Source of the DNA: the human T2T-CHM13v2.0 reference genome, Homo sapiens
Assembly (NCBI RefSeq): GCF_009914755.1
Contig: NC_060943.1
Reading direction: 5' to 3' (one strand)
Length of the DNA: 64,000 nt
Part shown: positions 54,891 through 64,000 of the stretch, piece after piece
Numbering within the stretch: the stretch's first letter is position 1
Layout: each line of letters opens with the position of its first letter
Translations under genes and position numbers: made by a program
The notes under the pieces: model-generated
Told to the model about the DNA's origin: nothing
What the model saw: only the letters and a program-made list of their open reading frames with translations
Database searches by the model: none

Positions 54891-54969
54891 GCCCTCCCTA
54901 TTCACTTTGCTACTCCCCTTGACTTATCTGCATGCTGATGGCCACCCTATCTTTATATTCCAGGACACC

Positions 54970-56125
54970 ATGGATACCCAGGGACCAGTCTCCCAGCCTT
55001 TTCAGCAGCCTGAGAAACCTGGTCGTGTCCGTCGTCGGAAGACTAGGCGGGAACGTAACAAGGCCCTGGTGGGCAGCCGCCGGCCATTAGCCCACCACGA
55101 TCCTCCTGTGGCCATTCGGGATCCACCTGTGGTCCCTACTGCCTCCAAGCTCGTGGTCATAACCCAGGGCCGGCTGAGCCGGGAGCACCGGGGTCTCTTC
55201 AACCACGAGGTGAAATCCCTAGATGTTGCAAGGCTGCTTAGCAGTGGGACCCTGGTGCCAGGCAGCCCCACACTCCCCGCCAAGCCCTCCCCAAGCCCAG
55301 GCAGGGCCCAGGAACCAGCCCCACGGTCCAGGGACAAAGAGAACCAGGTGCCTGGAGGTTCGGGCCCAGGCCCACCCAGTTCCCCAGAGTTGTCTGGCGT
55401 GGGGCAGCTGCTGGCAGAGCTGCAGTGTCAGCTGAGTTTGCCACAGGCCTTCCCCCGGAGGAACCTGATTCAGGATGCCAGGGATGCCATCGTGCACACC
55501 TTGCAGGCCTGTCATGGTTGTGTGCCTGACCTTGCCCTGGTGCTTCGGGGCTGCCAGCCACCCTTGCCAGGTGAGCGTCCCTCCTGCCCCTGTACTCCCC
55601 TTTCCTTTGTCGGCTCTAGCTCAGCTAGCCTCTATGCTTCTTTCCTCTGTGCCAGGGGCCAAGCCTGGGGTCTCTGAGAGAAAGATGACACCCTTCTGGA
55701 TTAATAGCCCTGATCAAGTCCCAGAGCAGGAGAGGCAAAGGAAGCAACAAGGGACAAAGGAGTTCACCTTCCCCATGCCCTACACCTCCAGCATGCCCAC
55801 TGCGCACAGGGGGAGTCTGGCACCGCCAAGAGGTCCCTGGCCACCATACTTTCCCTCACTGTCTTCGCCATCTGGAACAGCCTGGGGTCCCCCAACAGCG
55901 TTTGACTTGTTAAAAAGCATCTGGCTGGTAGCCACGCCACCCCCTCCTCGGCCCTGGGGGGTTGGCCTCCCTCAGCCCCTGCCTCAGCCTTCATCACCCC
56001 TGTTGCCCCGAACCTCTGTCCTGGACTGGAGCCCCAGCCCCCCTTCCCCACTGCCCAGCCTCTCCTGGGTAGTAGCCCAGAGCAGTCCGGAAGCCTGGTC
56101 TTTTCCACCCATGAGACTGTACTGA
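54970..56125 (+). CDS. PRR19: Proline-rich protein 19 (356 aa; meiotic crossover factor, CNTD1 partner): join(54970-55570, 55656-56125)
   Basis: Acceptor ttccag|gacaccATGG, [33 protein letters not shown]..., donor ccag|GTGAGC, acceptor gccag|gggcc, ends WSFPPMRLY*; 1071 nt. Confidence 0.92.
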
Positions 56126-56178
56126 GGAGAGGCTGAGGCTAGGGCTGGGGACAGATATCTTGTACTCCCAGTGACCTC

Positions 56179-56184
56179 AATAAA
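56179..56184 (+). terminator. PRR19: PRR19 polyadenylation signal AATAAA
   Basis: AATAAA about 54 nt after the stop codon. Confidence 0.85.
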
Positions 56185-56504
56185 GTACTTTTCATGGTCC
56201 TCTTGATTTTCAGTGAGTTGCTGACTCAGAAGAGCAGCTTTTCTTAGCTCTGAGTTCTAGGTCCAAGATGGAGGGGAAGGTACTGTTGCTTGTTACCTTC
56301 ATAGGGCCTGAGGAGCCAGCATGGTGGGGAAAATTGGGACTTCAATTAGTCCAACACATATGCCCACTGTGGCTAACTGTGTACCTGACCCTGAGCTCTG
56401 GTGATGCTGGGGCTCCAGAGTGAGTGAGACAAAGGCCTTGTCCTCATGAGGCTCCCAGTTTGGTGGTCGGCACACACAACCCCAGCTCCAGTGATTGTGT
56501 CTAG

Positions 56505-57140
<636 letters not shown>

Positions 57141-57231
57141 TAGAGTAAGCCACATCTGGGCCTGCCCTTGAGCGCCTCCTGGTCTGTGAACACAGGGAAC
57201 AGTGTATGTGCAGGCTCAGGGCAGGAGTGAC

Positions 57232-57512
57232 AGATCAGGGCTGAATCTGGCCCACAGGCTTTTTTTAGTTTCACCCACGATATGTTTTAAATGTTGGAAT
57301 CAATTGCCTACTGTTACAAACCAGGCAGTTTGCTTTTTTTTTTTAAATTGCATTTCTGGCTTCTTTCAGAAGGAAAGAAAAAATAAAAAAGGATCTGGCA
57401 GCAGCACTACAATCCTTCCTGGCAACAACTGGCCAAGTAGCAGAGGCCCCCTCTTTGTGGGATCCATGCTCTCCATTAAAAATGTTTCACTTATATTTCC
57501 AGCTTGGCCCCT
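57232..57512. mobile_element. Old hAT-type DNA transposon remnant (MER102-like)
   Basis: atttctggcttct...ggatctggcagca...ggcaacaactggc...gtagcagaggccccctcttt resembles my recollection of MER102; not verified. Confidence 0.4.
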
Positions 57513-58109
57513 TGGCTTAGAAAATTTGTAAAAAATGGTATTTTGAGCAGCCCCCGTTTTCTGCAGTGGAGAAGGATGAAGCTAGAAATGTTTGTTGGAG
57601 TCTGATCAGGAAAATCAAGGTGAAGGGCATGGCTTCTACTCTGGAAAAGCCTTTCTAGGGCTTGCTGTTGTCCACTGGGAAACCATAGGGTTGATATCTG
57701 CATAGAGGGGACTGGGCTAGGAGATCATAGGGCTGAATGACTTGGCCCAGGTCTTATGGTGGACAAGTGAAAAAGTAGGGGTCAGGCTGGGATTTGAATG
57801 AACCCAAGCAAGTTATTTTAACTTGGATCTGAAACATGCTTTTGGCTATCTCACACTACCACCTCTGTCTCTCACAGCAACCCAGCTTCACAGCATGGTA
57901 AGCAGTGACAGGTCATGGTCAGGCAGAGGGGTACGGTGGTTATACTGAAGCCTCCACCACCACCATGTGGTGTAACAAGTGGCTTCCCCTCTCTGTGCCT
58001 CCATGGGCACTTTGCAGGGTGCATCAGATCTAGAACGCTGGCAACTCCAGGATGGACACAGCTGGGGATGGCTGCAATAGAGGTGGTGATGGGCAATCAA
58101 AGACTTGTT

Positions 58110-58401
<292 letters not shown>

Positions 58402-58529
58402 TTAGTTTGGGGACTACATTGAGGGGAGGCCAGGACAGAGCATGGGTCTGGGGATCCGGAGAAGGCAGTCTGGAGGAGGCATGGCTTTGGAAGACGTGAG
58501 TTCAGTTTAGGACACAGGAAACCATAGGT

Positions 58530-63267
<4,738 letters not shown>

Positions 63268-63469
63268 TGAGAATTGGTGGGCCCCAGCCTGTCCCTGCCT
63301 CCCTCTCGGGGCTCCCCAGAAGTGGTTGCCCCCCATCTCAGACCCTCCATAGTGAGGGAGATGGACTTTTCACTCAGGCAGCTGTTGCCCAGAATCTGCC
63401 ACTTACTCACTTTGTGAAAAATTACTTTCACAAGAAGTGCATCAGGTTTACCCATAAAACAACAGGATC

Positions 63470-64000
<531 letters not shown>

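Overview
GC-rich, Alu-dense human genomic DNA recognisable from its encoded proteins as the 19q13.2 cluster ERF (5' end only, - strand) / CIC (complete, + strand, long and short isoforms) / PAFAH1B3 (complete, - strand) / PRR19 (complete CDS, + strand) / TMEM145 (first 12 coding exons, + strand, runs off the right edge). Exon-intron structures were rebuilt by hand from GT-AG boundaries and close in frame: CIC-S 4827 nt = 1608 aa, CIC-L 7554 nt = 2517 aa, PAFAH1B3 696 nt = 231 aa, PRR19 1071 nt = 356 aa. Most other ORFs in the six-frame track are Alu- or GC-driven artefacts. I see no new gene system. The best leads are regulatory or structural: an ATF4-like two-uORF leader on CIC-S whose overlapping uORF stops on the second in-frame Met (TGATG); a decayed ~20-bp tandem array forming the non-Alu backbone between ERF and CIC; a candidate internal promoter in PRR19; an intronic CIC CpG island with perfect NRF1, AP-1 and MEF2 sites; two Pumilio elements in the CIC 3'UTR; three NAGNAG acceptors in CIC; and an MSR1-type minisatellite split by an Alu in TMEM145. 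Gene names come from recognition of the protein sequences, not a database search. Repeat boundaries and TSS positions are approximate.
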